A stretch of DNA of 64,000 bases from Ruminococcaceae bacterium UBA5413 (GCA_002409585.1 DHNP01000017.1:56468-120467); one strand, 5' to 3'; positions 9,099 through 18,696 are shown, counted from the first letter of the stretch. The notes: generated by a model not told the origin, from the letters alone. Made by a program: numbers and translations.

Positions 9099-9635
9099 AT
9101 GGAAACTTTAAAGGTTGACACTCGTGACATGTCAGAGGCGGCGCGCACGCTGCGCGCCGGCTGCAGGGTGCTTCTGAGCGGCACTGTTTACACCGCGCGG
9201 GACGCTGCGCACAAACGGATTTTTTCCCTGCTGGACAGCGGCGGTGAACTGCCGTTTGATTTAAACGGGGCCGCCGTCTATTACGCGGGGCCTACGCCGC
9301 CGCCTCCGGGGCTGCCCGTTGGGTCGTGCGGGCCTACTACGTCGGCGCGCATGGACGCGTACGCGCCGAGGCTTTTGGACCTTGGGCTTAAGTGCATGAT
9401 AGGCAAGGGCGACCGCTCGCGGGAAGTAACCGAGGCTATACGGCGCAACGGCGCTGTGTACCTGTGCGCCATAGGCGGGGCGGGAGCGCTGGCGGCAAAA
9501 TGCATACGCTCGCTTGAGGTAATAGCTTTTGAGGACTTGGGGTGCGAATCAGTTAAAAAACTGGAGTTCCGCGATTTCCCGCTTATCACAGCGATAGACT
9601 GCGCCGGCGGCAGCCTTTTTGGAAGGGCGACATGA
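9099..9635 (+). CDS. Fe-S hydro-lyase (fumarate/tartrate hydratase) beta subunit
   Basis: YTARDAAHKR, GPTTSARMD, MIGKG and YLCAIGGAGAL motifs of class I fumarase beta. Confidence 0.9.
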   Translation: METLKVDTRDMSEAARTLRAGCRVLLSGTVYTARDAAHKRIFSLLDSGGELPFDLNGAAVYYAGPTPPPPGLPVGSCGPTTSARMDAYAPRLLDLGLKCMIGKGDRSREVTEAIRRNGAVYLCAIGGAGALAAKCIRSLEVIAFEDLGCESVKKLEFRDFPLITAIDCAGGSLFGRAT

Positions 9636-10822
9636 CAAAGTTTTTAATACACATGTTTGTCAAGAATTATAACGACACGGAAAATACAGACGTGCGCCAA
9701 AGTTACGGCAGGCTGTCCGGCATTGTCGGCATAGCTACCAACACGCTGCTGTTTTTTATAAAGGTAACGGCCGGTACGGTGTTCCACAGCATTTCCATTA
9801 CGGCCGACGCCGTAAACAACCTCAGCGACTGCGGTTCTTCGGTTATAACGCTTATAGGCTTTAAGATATCCGCCAAGCCGGCCGATATAGAGCACCCGTA
9901 CGGCCACGCGCGGTTTGAGTATATAAGCGGGCTCATAGTTTCTCTCATAGTGTTTATAGTCGGCCTTCAGCTTGCCGAAAGCTCCGTAAGGAAGATTATT
10001 TCCCCTGAGGACGCCAAGTACAGCTTTTTGGCGGTTATTATCTTAATAGTTTCGATATTAATAAAACTTTGGCAGAGCGCTTTTTACAAAAAAACAGGTT
10101 CGCTCATAAAGTCGTCGGCGCTGTCGGCGGCCTCGACAGACAGCAGGAACGACGTCGTTTCAACCGCGGCGGTTTTGGCCGGCGTACTCATAACGGATTA
10201 TACGGGCTTTAACCCTGACGGCGTGATAGGGCTTTGCGTAGCAGGCATCATCATGTTCACAGGCTACAAGCTTATACGCGAAACGAGCGGCCCCCTTTTG
10301 GGCGAGGCGCCGCCTAAGGAACTTGTAGACAGCATCTACAGCACCATACGCGGGTACGACGGCATACTCGGCATACACGACCTTAATGTGCACAGCTACG
10401 GCCCGGGCAGGTGCTTTGCCTCAGTACACTGCGAGGTGCCGGCCGAAAGGGATATACTCGAAAGCCACGATATAATAGACAATATAGAGCGTGACTTTTT
10501 AAGTAAGAAAGGCATACATCTCGTAATACACATGGACCCGATAATAACCGACGACGAGAGGACAAACGAACTTAAGGCGAAGGTGAAGGGCATAATCGCC
10601 GGCATTTCACCGGAGATAGGGATGCATGACTTCCGCGTCGTGTGGGGGCCTACGCATGCCAACATAGTCTTTGACGTCTGCGTGCGGTTCGGGTTTCCGC
10701 TGGACGACGATGAACTTAAAAAGAAAATTACGGAGGAAATAAAAAAGTTGAACGTTAATTACTTCACCGTAATAACCGTGGACCACGACTATGTGCCGGC
10801 TGTCAGAGGCAGCGGCACTTGA
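9632..10822 (+). CDS. Cation diffusion facilitator (CDF) transporter, predicted Mn-type
   Basis: KPADIEHPYGHARFEY signature; site A residues N-x3-D (NNLSD) and D-x3-D (DSRND); extended C-terminal domain. Confidence 0.9.
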   Translation: MTKFLIHMFVKNYNDTENTDVRQSYGRLSGIVGIATNTLLFFIKVTAGTVFHSISITADAVNNLSDCGSSVITLIGFKISAKPADIEHPYGHARFEYISGLIVSLIVFIVGLQLAESSVRKIISPEDAKYSFLAVIILIVSILIKLWQSAFYKKTGSLIKSSALSAASTDSRNDVVSTAAVLAGVLITDYTGFNPDGVIGLCVAGIIMFTGYKLIRETSGPLLGEAPPKELVDSIYSTIRGYDGILGIHDLNVHSYGPGRCFASVHCEVPAERDILESHDIIDNIERDFLSKKGIHLVIHMDPIITDDERTNELKAKVKGIIAGISPEIGMHDFRVVWGPTHANIVFDVCVRFGFPLDDDELKKKITEEIKKLNVNYFTVITVDHDYVPAVRGSGT

Positions 10823-10955
10823 TATGTATTGGAAGCCCGGCGCCTTATGCGCCGAGGCTTTAACTCATCAAATCCTAATGTTTTATTCATCACAAATTTA
10901 AATTTATATATTAAATTTAAAGCTAAGTAAAATATTACGAAAAGGATACGACAGA

Positions 10956-12524
10956 ATGACAATCATATCACTAAAATTCCTGTTATTTCTTGCTGTAACA
11001 CTGGCTATTTATTATATAGTCCCGGGAAAGGCGCAGTGGCTCGTACTCTTTGCCGCGAGCGTTGCGTTTTACATATACGCAGGACCATACTACATATTAT
11101 TTGCGGCGGCGCTTATTACCGTTTCATATTTTGCGGCACGCGCGATTTCGGGGATGCATGAAAAGCAGCGCGCGCAGTCGCAGCACTTGGAAAAAGCGGA
11201 GAAAAAGCAATGCGCGGCGTTTTGGACGTGCAAAAAAAGGAAAGTGCTCGCGGCTGCGCTTACGGCAGTCGTAGGCTCGCTTGTTTTTCTTAAGACATAC
11301 CGTATCATTATAAGCGGGCTTAACGCGTTCATCGGCCTTTTCGGGACGTGGCGCTTTAAACCCGCTTCTATTATTTTTCCGCTTGGATTTTCTTTTTACT
11401 CTTTCCAGATTGTCGCGTACCTTGTAGACGTTTACCGCGGAAAATGCGAAGCGCAGAAGAACTTTGTCAAATACGCACTGTTCGTACTTTTCTTTCCGCA
11501 GATAACCGAGGGCCCCATAGCCCGGTACGACAGGCTCGCGCCACAGCTTTACGAGCCGCACAAGGCGGACTACAAAAACCTTAAGTCCGGCGCGCAGCTC
11601 ATGCTTTGGGGCTTTTTTAAGAAACTTGTCATAGCGGACAGGCTCGGCCTGTTTGTAAACTCCGTGTTCGCGGACCTCAATAAGTACTCGGGGCTTGTTT
11701 TAGTCGTAACACTGTCGTTTTATTCCATACAGATGTACGCCGACTTTTCGGGCTGCATAGACATAGTGACGGGCGCTGCGGAGATGTTCGACATTACGCT
11801 TGACAAAAACTTCAACCACCCTTATTTTTCAAAGACGGTGCCTGAGTACTGGCGCAGGTGGCATATGTCGCTTTCCGGATGGTTCAAGGACTACGTCTTT
11901 TACCCGGTTTCTGCTTCTAAACTGTCGCTTAAGCTTAACAAATTCGCGAGGCGAAGGTTCGGCGGTACGGTAAGCCGCGCCGTCGCAGCCAGTTTTCCTG
12001 TTATAATCGTATGGCTGCTGACAGGCTTTTGGCATGGCGCCCAGCTTAATTACATAGTTTGGGGGCTTTATTACGGCGTCATCATTATCGCCGGCATTAT
12101 TTTCGCGCCTTACGGCAGAAAGTTAACCGCCGCCATGCATATAAACACAGACAGCTTTTTGTGGCGCCTTTTTCAGATGCTGCGCACGTTTGCCATATGC
12201 ACTTTTGCGCGTATCTTTTTCAGGGCCAAGGATTTTTCGGAGTCCGTCCTTATTATTTCAAAAATGTTCGGCGGATGGCCGTCGTCGGTTAATTTTTTCT
12301 CGTTAGGGCTTGACCGCTTCGACTTTACGGTTGTCGTGCTGTCCGTGCTTTTGCTGCTTTCTGTGAGCATTCTGCAGGAAAAAACCTGCGTAAGGGAAAG
12401 GATAGCGCGGCAGAACGTTTTTGTCAGGTGGGCTGTTTATTACGCGGCGCTTTTCGCCGTAATAATTTACGGCGTATACGGTTCGTCTAATACGGGTACG
12501 GCGTTCATATATGAAAAATTTTAA
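10956..12524 (+). CDS. MBOAT family O-acyltransferase (DltB/AlgI/PatA-like)
   Basis: PLGFSFYSFQ, FFPQITEGPI, FKKLVIAD, YADFSG, NFNHPY, WRRWHMSLS and GFWHG (catalytic His) motifs. Confidence 0.93.
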   Translation: MTIISLKFLLFLAVTLAIYYIVPGKAQWLVLFAASVAFYIYAGPYYILFAAALITVSYFAARAISGMHEKQRAQSQHLEKAEKKQCAAFWTCKKRKVLAAALTAVVGSLVFLKTYRIIISGLNAFIGLFGTWRFKPASIIFPLGFSFYSFQIVAYLVDVYRGKCEAQKNFVKYALFVLFFPQITEGPIARYDRLAPQLYEPHKADYKNLKSGAQLMLWGFFKKLVIADRLGLFVNSVFADLNKYSGLVLVVTLSFYSIQMYADFSGCIDIVTGAAEMFDITLDKNFNHPYFSKTVPEYWRRWHMSLSGWFKDYVFYPVSASKLSLKLNKFARRRFGGTVSRAVAASFPVIIVWLLTGFWHGAQLNYIVWGLYYGVIIIAGIIFAPYGRKLTAAMHINTDSFLWRLFQMLRTFAICTFARIFFRAKDFSESVLIISKMFGGWPSSVNFFSLGLDRFDFTVVVLSVLLLLSVSILQEKTCVRERIARQNVFVRWAVYYAALFAVIIYGVYGSSNTGTAFIYEKF

Positions 12525-12541
12525 CGGGAGTCTGGTCTTAA

Positions 12542-13612
12542 TTGCGAAAAAAAGAAACTCTTAAAATATTAATATTTTTTATCGTTTTTGCCGTGCTGCT
12601 GCTGCCGGTGTCTTATCTGCTCCGCCCTGACGACGGGCATACAAAGGCGACCTTTGCGGGGTTTTACGCTGAGGAGAACAACACCCTTGACACAGTCTTT
12701 ATAGGCAGCAGCGCTGCGTACCGCTACTTCGTACCGCCCCTGCTGTGGAAAAATTACGGCGTTACTTCGTATGTACTCGCCACTTCGGCCCAGCCGCTTG
12801 ATACCGTGCCGTACATTATAGCCGAAGCGGAAAAAACACAGAGCCCCAAGCTCTATGTAGTTGAAATACGGAGGCTGATAATGGAAGACTACAACATTAA
12901 GAACAACCTTTATCAGGAGTCATCTGACAGGGAGTCGCAGCTGCGCCAGGTCGCGGACAACATGAAGTACTCACGTAACAGGACGCAGCTTATAAACAGC
13001 ACGGTAGACGGTGACAAGACGGACTGGCTTATCGACATAATACATAACCATTCAAACTGGAAATATATTACATCAAAATCGTTCGGGCTGATGCTCTACA
13101 ATAAAAAGAGCAGCGTCAAAAGCGCCACCACCATAGGCGCTTGGAAGGAGCTGCAAAAGTTTGAGACGGAGTCTTATGCGGGGGAGCAGCTCGAGCTTGA
13201 AAACAAAACAAAGCAGAAACTCGTAAACCTGCTGAAGTTTTGCAAGGGCAGGGGGCTTAACGTGCTTTTTGTTTCAACACCTTATGTCGAGGACAGCCAG
13301 TATATCGCTTTGGAAAATTATGCTGCCGAAGTCATAAAAAACTACGGGTACGGGTATTTGAACTGCAATTACCTCTATGATGAGATAGGGGTCGATTTTT
13401 CAAGCGATTTTTATAACAGCCAGCACACTAATATTTTAGGCGCCGAAAAGGTGACAAGCTATATAGGCGACTACATAGTGAAAAATTACGCTGTCTTGAG
13501 CAGCCACGGCGAAAGCATAGCAAAAGACTGGGATAAAGCTTATGAATCCTGGTCAGCCATAGCCGCGGCACAGGAACAGGCGGTAAAGTCGGCTGTCGGC
13601 AAAAATAAATAA
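12542..13612 (+). CDS. Membrane-anchored SGNH-like putative acyltransferase (DltD/AlgJ-like)
   Basis: N-terminal TM helix, FIGSS nucleophile block, DFYNSQHTNILGA C-terminal His block. TTG start. Confidence 0.7.
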   Translation: MRKKETLKILIFFIVFAVLLLPVSYLLRPDDGHTKATFAGFYAEENNTLDTVFIGSSAAYRYFVPPLLWKNYGVTSYVLATSAQPLDTVPYIIAEAEKTQSPKLYVVEIRRLIMEDYNIKNNLYQESSDRESQLRQVADNMKYSRNRTQLINSTVDGDKTDWLIDIIHNHSNWKYITSKSFGLMLYNKKSSVKSATTIGAWKELQKFETESYAGEQLELENKTKQKLVNLLKFCKGRGLNVLFVSTPYVEDSQYIALENYAAEVIKNYGYGYLNCNYLYDEIGVDFSSDFYNSQHTNILGAEKVTSYIGDYIVKNYAVLSSHGESIAKDWDKAYESWSAIAAAQEQAVKSAVGKNK

Positions 13613-13636
13613 TTACCTGCAAAACGGTTAAAAAGG

Positions 13637-15076
13637 ATGATGACGTTGGCAAAGTCGGTGGTAGGCAGGCGGGCGGCCAATCTGATTATGGGACCTGCGC
13701 TTTTTGTGGTTTTTACTGTTTTTCTGCCCGCGGGCGTTTTTACTACATTTGCCCAAAGGACCGCGGTGGCGACTGTGGCATGGATGGCTTACTGGTGGAT
13801 AACCGCCCCTGTGGATTATGCCGTGACCGGTTTTGTGCCTATAGTCGCTAATGCCCTGTTCTCCATGGTAAGTATGGACAAACTTATAGCAAGCTACTCA
13901 GATGAAACTATCATGCTGCTTATCGGTGCCTGCATACTTTCAGTTTCATGGGGTGAAGTGGGGCTCGACAAGCGCATTGCATCTTCTTTCCTTGCCCTTA
14001 TAGGTCCGTCGCTGACAAACCAGATTATCTTTTGGTTTATGCTTTGTGCGTTCCTTTCATCTATTCTGCCGAATGCGGTTGTTTGCGCGGTTATAACACC
14101 CATAGCCGTTTCAATGCTTAAGTATGTGGGCATAACTGACATATCAAAGAGTGAGACCGGTTCCGTCATACTGCTTACCATAGCGTGGGCGACGGGCATA
14201 GGCGGGCTTGCTACTCCGCTTGGCGGAGCGATGAACCTTGTCATAATAAATTACATACAAAAACTTACGGGAAAAGAGTACTTGTACTGGGACTGGGTGG
14301 TTAAGTTCGCTCCGGTCATGCTTGTGCTTGTTTTAAGCAATATAGCCTATCTGCTGGCAATTAAGCCCAAAGGCGGAGACCTTACAGGCTCAAAAGAGTA
14401 CTTTGCACGTCTTAAAAAATCAATGGGAAAGATGGGCCGCAGCGAGATTGCATGCCTTGTGCTTTTTATATCGGCAACAGCACTGGCATTTACACGCAGC
14501 CTTTATGCTTCCGTTCTGCCAGGCCTTAAGCCTGCCTATGTTTTCATTATATTCGCCGTAATTTCGTTTTTTCTGCGCAGACCTGACGGTACAAGGATTA
14601 TGGTATGGAGCAGTGTGCAAAAAAAAATGACATGGGGTCTTTTCTTCGTTTTCGGAGGGGGCCTTGCCGTAGGTACGCTTATAAGCGAAAGCGGGGCCGG
14701 CAAATCCCTTGGAGCCTTGTGCGCTTCAATGGGGCTTAAAGGCGGATTTATTACCGTATTTGCCATTATGCTTTTAGTGATGATTGTTTCGGATATAACG
14801 AGTAATACTGCCACAGCTGCCGTTTGCATACCCGTTGTTATAAGCGTGGCATCCGGTATTGACCTTAATCCAATTCCTTATATTTACACTGCTACCATAG
14901 GCGTAAACCTCGCATATGTGTTTCCTACGTCTATCAGGGCCATTCCGGTAGGGTACGGCCTTTCACCTAAGTATATGTTTAAAAAGGGAATCGCGCTTTG
15001 GGCTATCACGTGCATTTTAATGAGTGTTACGGCGTGGGCGCTTATATCTTTCTGGCCGGCGTTCAGCCTGGCGTAA
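13637..15076 (+). CDS. SLC13/DASS family anion (di/tricarboxylate or sulfate):Na+ symporter
   Basis: Polytopic membrane protein with GIGGLATPLGGAMN and ITSNTATAA motifs. Confidence 0.85.
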   Translation: MMTLAKSVVGRRAANLIMGPALFVVFTVFLPAGVFTTFAQRTAVATVAWMAYWWITAPVDYAVTGFVPIVANALFSMVSMDKLIASYSDETIMLLIGACILSVSWGEVGLDKRIASSFLALIGPSLTNQIIFWFMLCAFLSSILPNAVVCAVITPIAVSMLKYVGITDISKSETGSVILLTIAWATGIGGLATPLGGAMNLVIINYIQKLTGKEYLYWDWVVKFAPVMLVLVLSNIAYLLAIKPKGGDLTGSKEYFARLKKSMGKMGRSEIACLVLFISATALAFTRSLYASVLPGLKPAYVFIIFAVISFFLRRPDGTRIMVWSSVQKKMTWGLFFVFGGGLAVGTLISESGAGKSLGALCASMGLKGGFITVFAIMLLVMIVSDITSNTATAAVCIPVVISVASGIDLNPIPYIYTATIGVNLAYVFPTSIRAIPVGYGLSPKYMFKKGIALWAITCILMSVTAWALISFWPAFSLA

Positions 15077-15106
15077 ACTTGACGACTGAGGAAAGGATTT
15101 TATTTT

Positions 15107-16558
15107 ATGAAGTTTAAATCCATACTTGAAGCATTAAAATTTTTTTCCATGAAAACCCCCGGCAAGCTCTGCCTTGCCGACATGGACGAAAAAGTAACTT
15201 ACTCGCAGTACTACGGCAGGATATGCGGCACGGCGGATTTTTTACTTAAAAAGGGCATAAAGGCCGGCGACAAAGTCGTTATGAGCGCACAGCAGACCGT
15301 GGGCTACCTTACCGCCTGCCACGCCGTGCAGATGGCCGGAGGAATTTTTGTACCTTTGGAAAAAAATGCCGGTACGGACAGGGTAAACGAGATAATAGAA
15401 AGGACTGGCGCGGCGCTCTACATAGGGCCGGAGGCGGTGGACATATGCCCGCGGCTTGACGCGGCGGCTTTGCCCAAGCTCTGCAGGGACGGCGAGCCGT
15501 GCGCGCTGCCGGAAGCAGACGGCGACTCCATGATACTTTTTACAACCGGTACGACAGGCGCCTCAAAGGGGATACTCCTTACACATTCGTCAGAAGTGGC
15601 CGTTGCCGAAAATGTCAAATACGGCGTTGAAATGAAAGAAAACAACGTGGAAATTATTCCGATGCCGATGAACCATTCGTTTGCCATACGCCGCTATTTT
15701 GCCGATATGATAAACGGCAGCACGGCGCTGCTGCTTGACGGCACGGTTTTTGTAGAAAACTTTTTCCATATGATGGACGAGTATAAGGCGACGTCGTTTG
15801 CCATGGCTCCGGCGGCCCTTGCCATTATACTTAAACTGTCGGGCGACAGGCTCGGCAGGTACGGTAAGCAGCTTGACTACATACAGTTCGGTTCGGCGCC
15901 TATCCCCGAAACTGAAAAGAAAAAGCTGCTTGAGCTTCTGCCGGAGTGCCGCCTCTACAACATTTACGGTACCACCGAGGCCGGCTGCGCGTGCGTGCTG
16001 AACTTTAACAGCAAAGAAAACCGCCCCGGCTGCATAGGCAGGCCGACGGTTAATTCAAAGTTTACGTTTTCCGATGAAAACGGACGGATTTTTGAAGCTA
16101 AAGAGAACCGCCCCGGCTGCCTCGTTTGCTCAGGCGGCATGACCATGAAAGGGTACTTTAACGACCCCTGCCTGACAAAGTCGGTAATGAAGGACGGCGG
16201 CGTTTACTCAAATGACATCGGTTATGTCGGCGGCGACGGGCTCATCTACCTTATAGGGCGCGCCGACGACGTCATCAACACAGGCGGCAACAAAATCGCG
16301 CCCGGTGAAATAGAAGAGCTTGCGAACAGTTTTCCCGGTGTTGCGGAAAGCGCCTGCGTGCCTGTGGGCGACCCGCTTTTAGGCAGCGTGCCTAAACTTT
16401 TCATAGCCGCGGACAAAGAGGTGGACACAACGCTCCTGTACAGCTACCTTTCCGAAAAACTTGAAAAGTATAAATTGCCGAAGTCTATAGTACAGATAGA
16501 CAAGCTCCCGCGTACATATAACGGCAAGATATGGCGCAGCAAGTTAAAGGAAGCTTAA
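15107..16558 (+). CDS. Class I adenylate-forming enzyme (acyl-AMP/acyl-ACP ligase)
   Basis: FTTGTTGASKG, YGTTE, GRADDVINTGGNKI and LPRTYNGKI motifs. Confidence 0.9.
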   Translation: MKFKSILEALKFFSMKTPGKLCLADMDEKVTYSQYYGRICGTADFLLKKGIKAGDKVVMSAQQTVGYLTACHAVQMAGGIFVPLEKNAGTDRVNEIIERTGAALYIGPEAVDICPRLDAAALPKLCRDGEPCALPEADGDSMILFTTGTTGASKGILLTHSSEVAVAENVKYGVEMKENNVEIIPMPMNHSFAIRRYFADMINGSTALLLDGTVFVENFFHMMDEYKATSFAMAPAALAIILKLSGDRLGRYGKQLDYIQFGSAPIPETEKKKLLELLPECRLYNIYGTTEAGCACVLNFNSKENRPGCIGRPTVNSKFTFSDENGRIFEAKENRPGCLVCSGGMTMKGYFNDPCLTKSVMKDGGVYSNDIGYVGGDGLIYLIGRADDVINTGGNKIAPGEIEELANSFPGVAESACVPVGDPLLGSVPKLFIAADKEVDTTLLYSYLSEKLEKYKLPKSIVQIDKLPRTYNGKIWRSKLKEA

Positions 16559-16602
16559 AGCAGGCAGTTTCAGCCGTATGAACGGCAGAAGGAGTATTAG
16601 TT

Positions 16603-16830
16603 ATGGAAGAACTGATAGATATTCTTTTGACTGTAAAACCAAACATAGACTACACAAAGGAAAAAGCACTGGTAGACGACGGGATTATCGACTCGCTCGA
16701 CATCGTAAGCATAATCTCCGAACTGTCAGACGCTTACGGCATAACCGTCCCGTCAACGGAAATAAAGCCGGAAAATTTCAACTCGGCTTCCGCCATATAC
16801 GGTATGGTGCAGAGGCTTAAGGAAGACTGA
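16603..16830 (+). CDS. Acyl carrier protein (DltC-like)
   Basis: 75 aa, acidic, GIIDSLDIV phosphopantetheine site and NFNS C-terminal motif. RBS AAGGAG. Confidence 0.9.
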   Translation: MEELIDILLTVKPNIDYTKEKALVDDGIIDSLDIVSIISELSDAYGITVPSTEIKPENFNSASAIYGMVQRLKED

Positions 16831-16848
16831 GCGTTTTTAAGTTTTTTC

Positions 16849-16883
16849 CGCCGCCGTTTTTTAAAGTACGGCGGCACTTTTTT
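16849..16883 (+). terminator. Putative terminator after the acyl-transfer cluster
   Basis: CCGCCGT...ACGGCGG hairpin plus T-tract. A second inverted repeat lies at 16892-16943. Confidence 0.55.
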
Positions 16884-17107
16884 GCCCTCAGGAAACGCGC
16901 CGCGCAAAGTCAGGACATCAGGGCGTTGCGCGGCGTACGTTTCAGCGGAACACAAGCTGTGCGGAAGTGTGATTAAATTTTTAAAAAATTGTAAGATATA
17001 TTTACTTTTTACATATATAAATGATATAATTGATAAAATTGAAAAGATATAATTTTTCTCTTTAAAAATATTGTCGCCGTATATTTAACGGAAGAGGGTA
17101 TTAAGAA

Positions 17108-18055
17108 TTGTACTATCTCGGTGTGGACCTTGGCGGCACAAACATAGCCGCCGGAGTTGTTGACGAAAATTACCGCATTATTGCGCGTGCTAACAGAAAA
17201 ACCCATGTGCCGTGTACTCCCGACGAAATTTGCTGCCAGATAGCCGGAACCGTTTTTGACGCCATAGAAAATGCGGGCGAAACGGTAGACAGCTTCAAGT
17301 ACATAGGCATAGGCACTCCGGGAGCCGTTAACCGCGACACCGGCATTGTGGAGTATGCAAACAACCTGCACTTTACAAACCTTGAGCTGCAAAAGCTTTT
17401 AAAGGAACGCGTAAGGAAAGACGTAATCATCGAAAACGACGCGAACGCCGCGGCTTACGGCGAGTATAAAGCAGGCGTGCTTAAAGGCGCAACAAACGCG
17501 CTTGCCATAACGCTCGGCACGGGCATAGGCAGCGGCATAATCATAAACGGCGCAATATATGCCGGTACTAATTTTTCCGCTGGGGAAATGGGCCATATGG
17601 TAATAGCCGCCGGCGGCAGGGAATGCACCTGCGGCAGAAAAGGCTGCTGGGAGGCGTACGCTTCCGCTACAGGCCTTATAAATATGACTAAGGAAGAAAT
17701 GGCCAAAACGGATAAAAATTCGGAAATGTGGAGAACCGCCGGAAGCCTTGACAACGTTGACGGGCGCACGGCCTTTGATGCCATGCGCAAGGGCGACGCG
17801 GCCGCTAAAAAAGTAGTTGACGGGTACATATATTACCTTGCGTGCGGCATCATAAACTGCATAAACATCCTTGAGCCGGATAAACTGTGTATCGGCGGAG
17901 GCATAAGCAACGAGGGCGAAAGCCTTCTCGCGCCTCTGCGTGAGTACGTAGCTCGTGAAAATTACGCGAAAAATTCTAAAAAGCAGACAGTCATATGCAA
18001 GGCGAGCCTCGGCAACGATGCGGGCATAATAGGCGCGGCGCTTCTCGGTGAATAA
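17108..18055 (+). CDS. ROK family glucokinase
   Basis: DLGGT, ENDANAAA, LGTGIG, GEMGH and CTCGRKGCWE motifs; no HTH domain. Confidence 0.9.
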   Translation: MYYLGVDLGGTNIAAGVVDENYRIIARANRKTHVPCTPDEICCQIAGTVFDAIENAGETVDSFKYIGIGTPGAVNRDTGIVEYANNLHFTNLELQKLLKERVRKDVIIENDANAAAYGEYKAGVLKGATNALAITLGTGIGSGIIINGAIYAGTNFSAGEMGHMVIAAGGRECTCGRKGCWEAYASATGLINMTKEEMAKTDKNSEMWRTAGSLDNVDGRTAFDAMRKGDAAAKKVVDGYIYYLACGIINCINILEPDKLCIGGGISNEGESLLAPLREYVARENYAKNSKKQTVICKASLGNDAGIIGAALLGE

Positions 18056-18111
18056 CCTGCCGCGCCGCTTTTTTTCTGCCGGCAGGGGAACTTAATGTAA
18101 GGACTTGCGAT

Positions 18112-18696
18112 ATGTTCCATTTTTTTGCAATGCTTTCACGTATGAAAAATATAAACAGGTGGGGCCTGATGAGGAACACGCGCCCTGAGAACCTGTGCGA
18201 GCACAGCTTTGAAACCGCCGTCATAGCGCATGCCCTCGCCGTCCTGCGCAACACGCGCTTCGGCGGCAGCGTGAGCGCGGAGCGCACGGCGGTGCTCGCG
18301 CTGTACCACGACTGCACCGAAATTATAACCGGCGACATGCCTACGCCGGTAAAGTATTTCAGCGCGGATATCCGTTCGGCTTACGGCGAGGTTGAAAAAG
18401 TCGCAAGGGAGAAACTGCTGGACTTTCTGCCGGACGATATGGCCGACGTTTACCGGCCGCTTTTGGGGCAGCCTGAAGAAGCTTCAGATAAAGAGCTTAT
18501 GCCGCTCGTAAAAGCTGCCGACAAGATATCGGCGCTTATAAAATGCGTAGAGGAAAAACGCATGGGCAACAAGGAATTTTCAAAAGCGGAGGTCTCTTTA
18601 AGAAAAAGCATTGCAGGCTTCCATCTGCCGGAGGCCGACTGCTTTGTAAAAGAATTCCTGCCGTCATACAGCCTCACGCTTGACGAGCAGGAATAA
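18112..18696 (+). CDS. yfbR: HD-domain 5'-deoxynucleotidase YfbR
   Basis: RWGLMRN...ENLCEHS...YHD...GDMPTPVKY...KAADKISA. Confidence 0.9.
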   Translation: MFHFFAMLSRMKNINRWGLMRNTRPENLCEHSFETAVIAHALAVLRNTRFGGSVSAERTAVLALYHDCTEIITGDMPTPVKYFSADIRSAYGEVEKVAREKLLDFLPDDMADVYRPLLGQPEEASDKELMPLVKAADKISALIKCVEEKRMGNKEFSKAEVSLRKSIAGFHLPEADCFVKEFLPSYSLTLDEQE

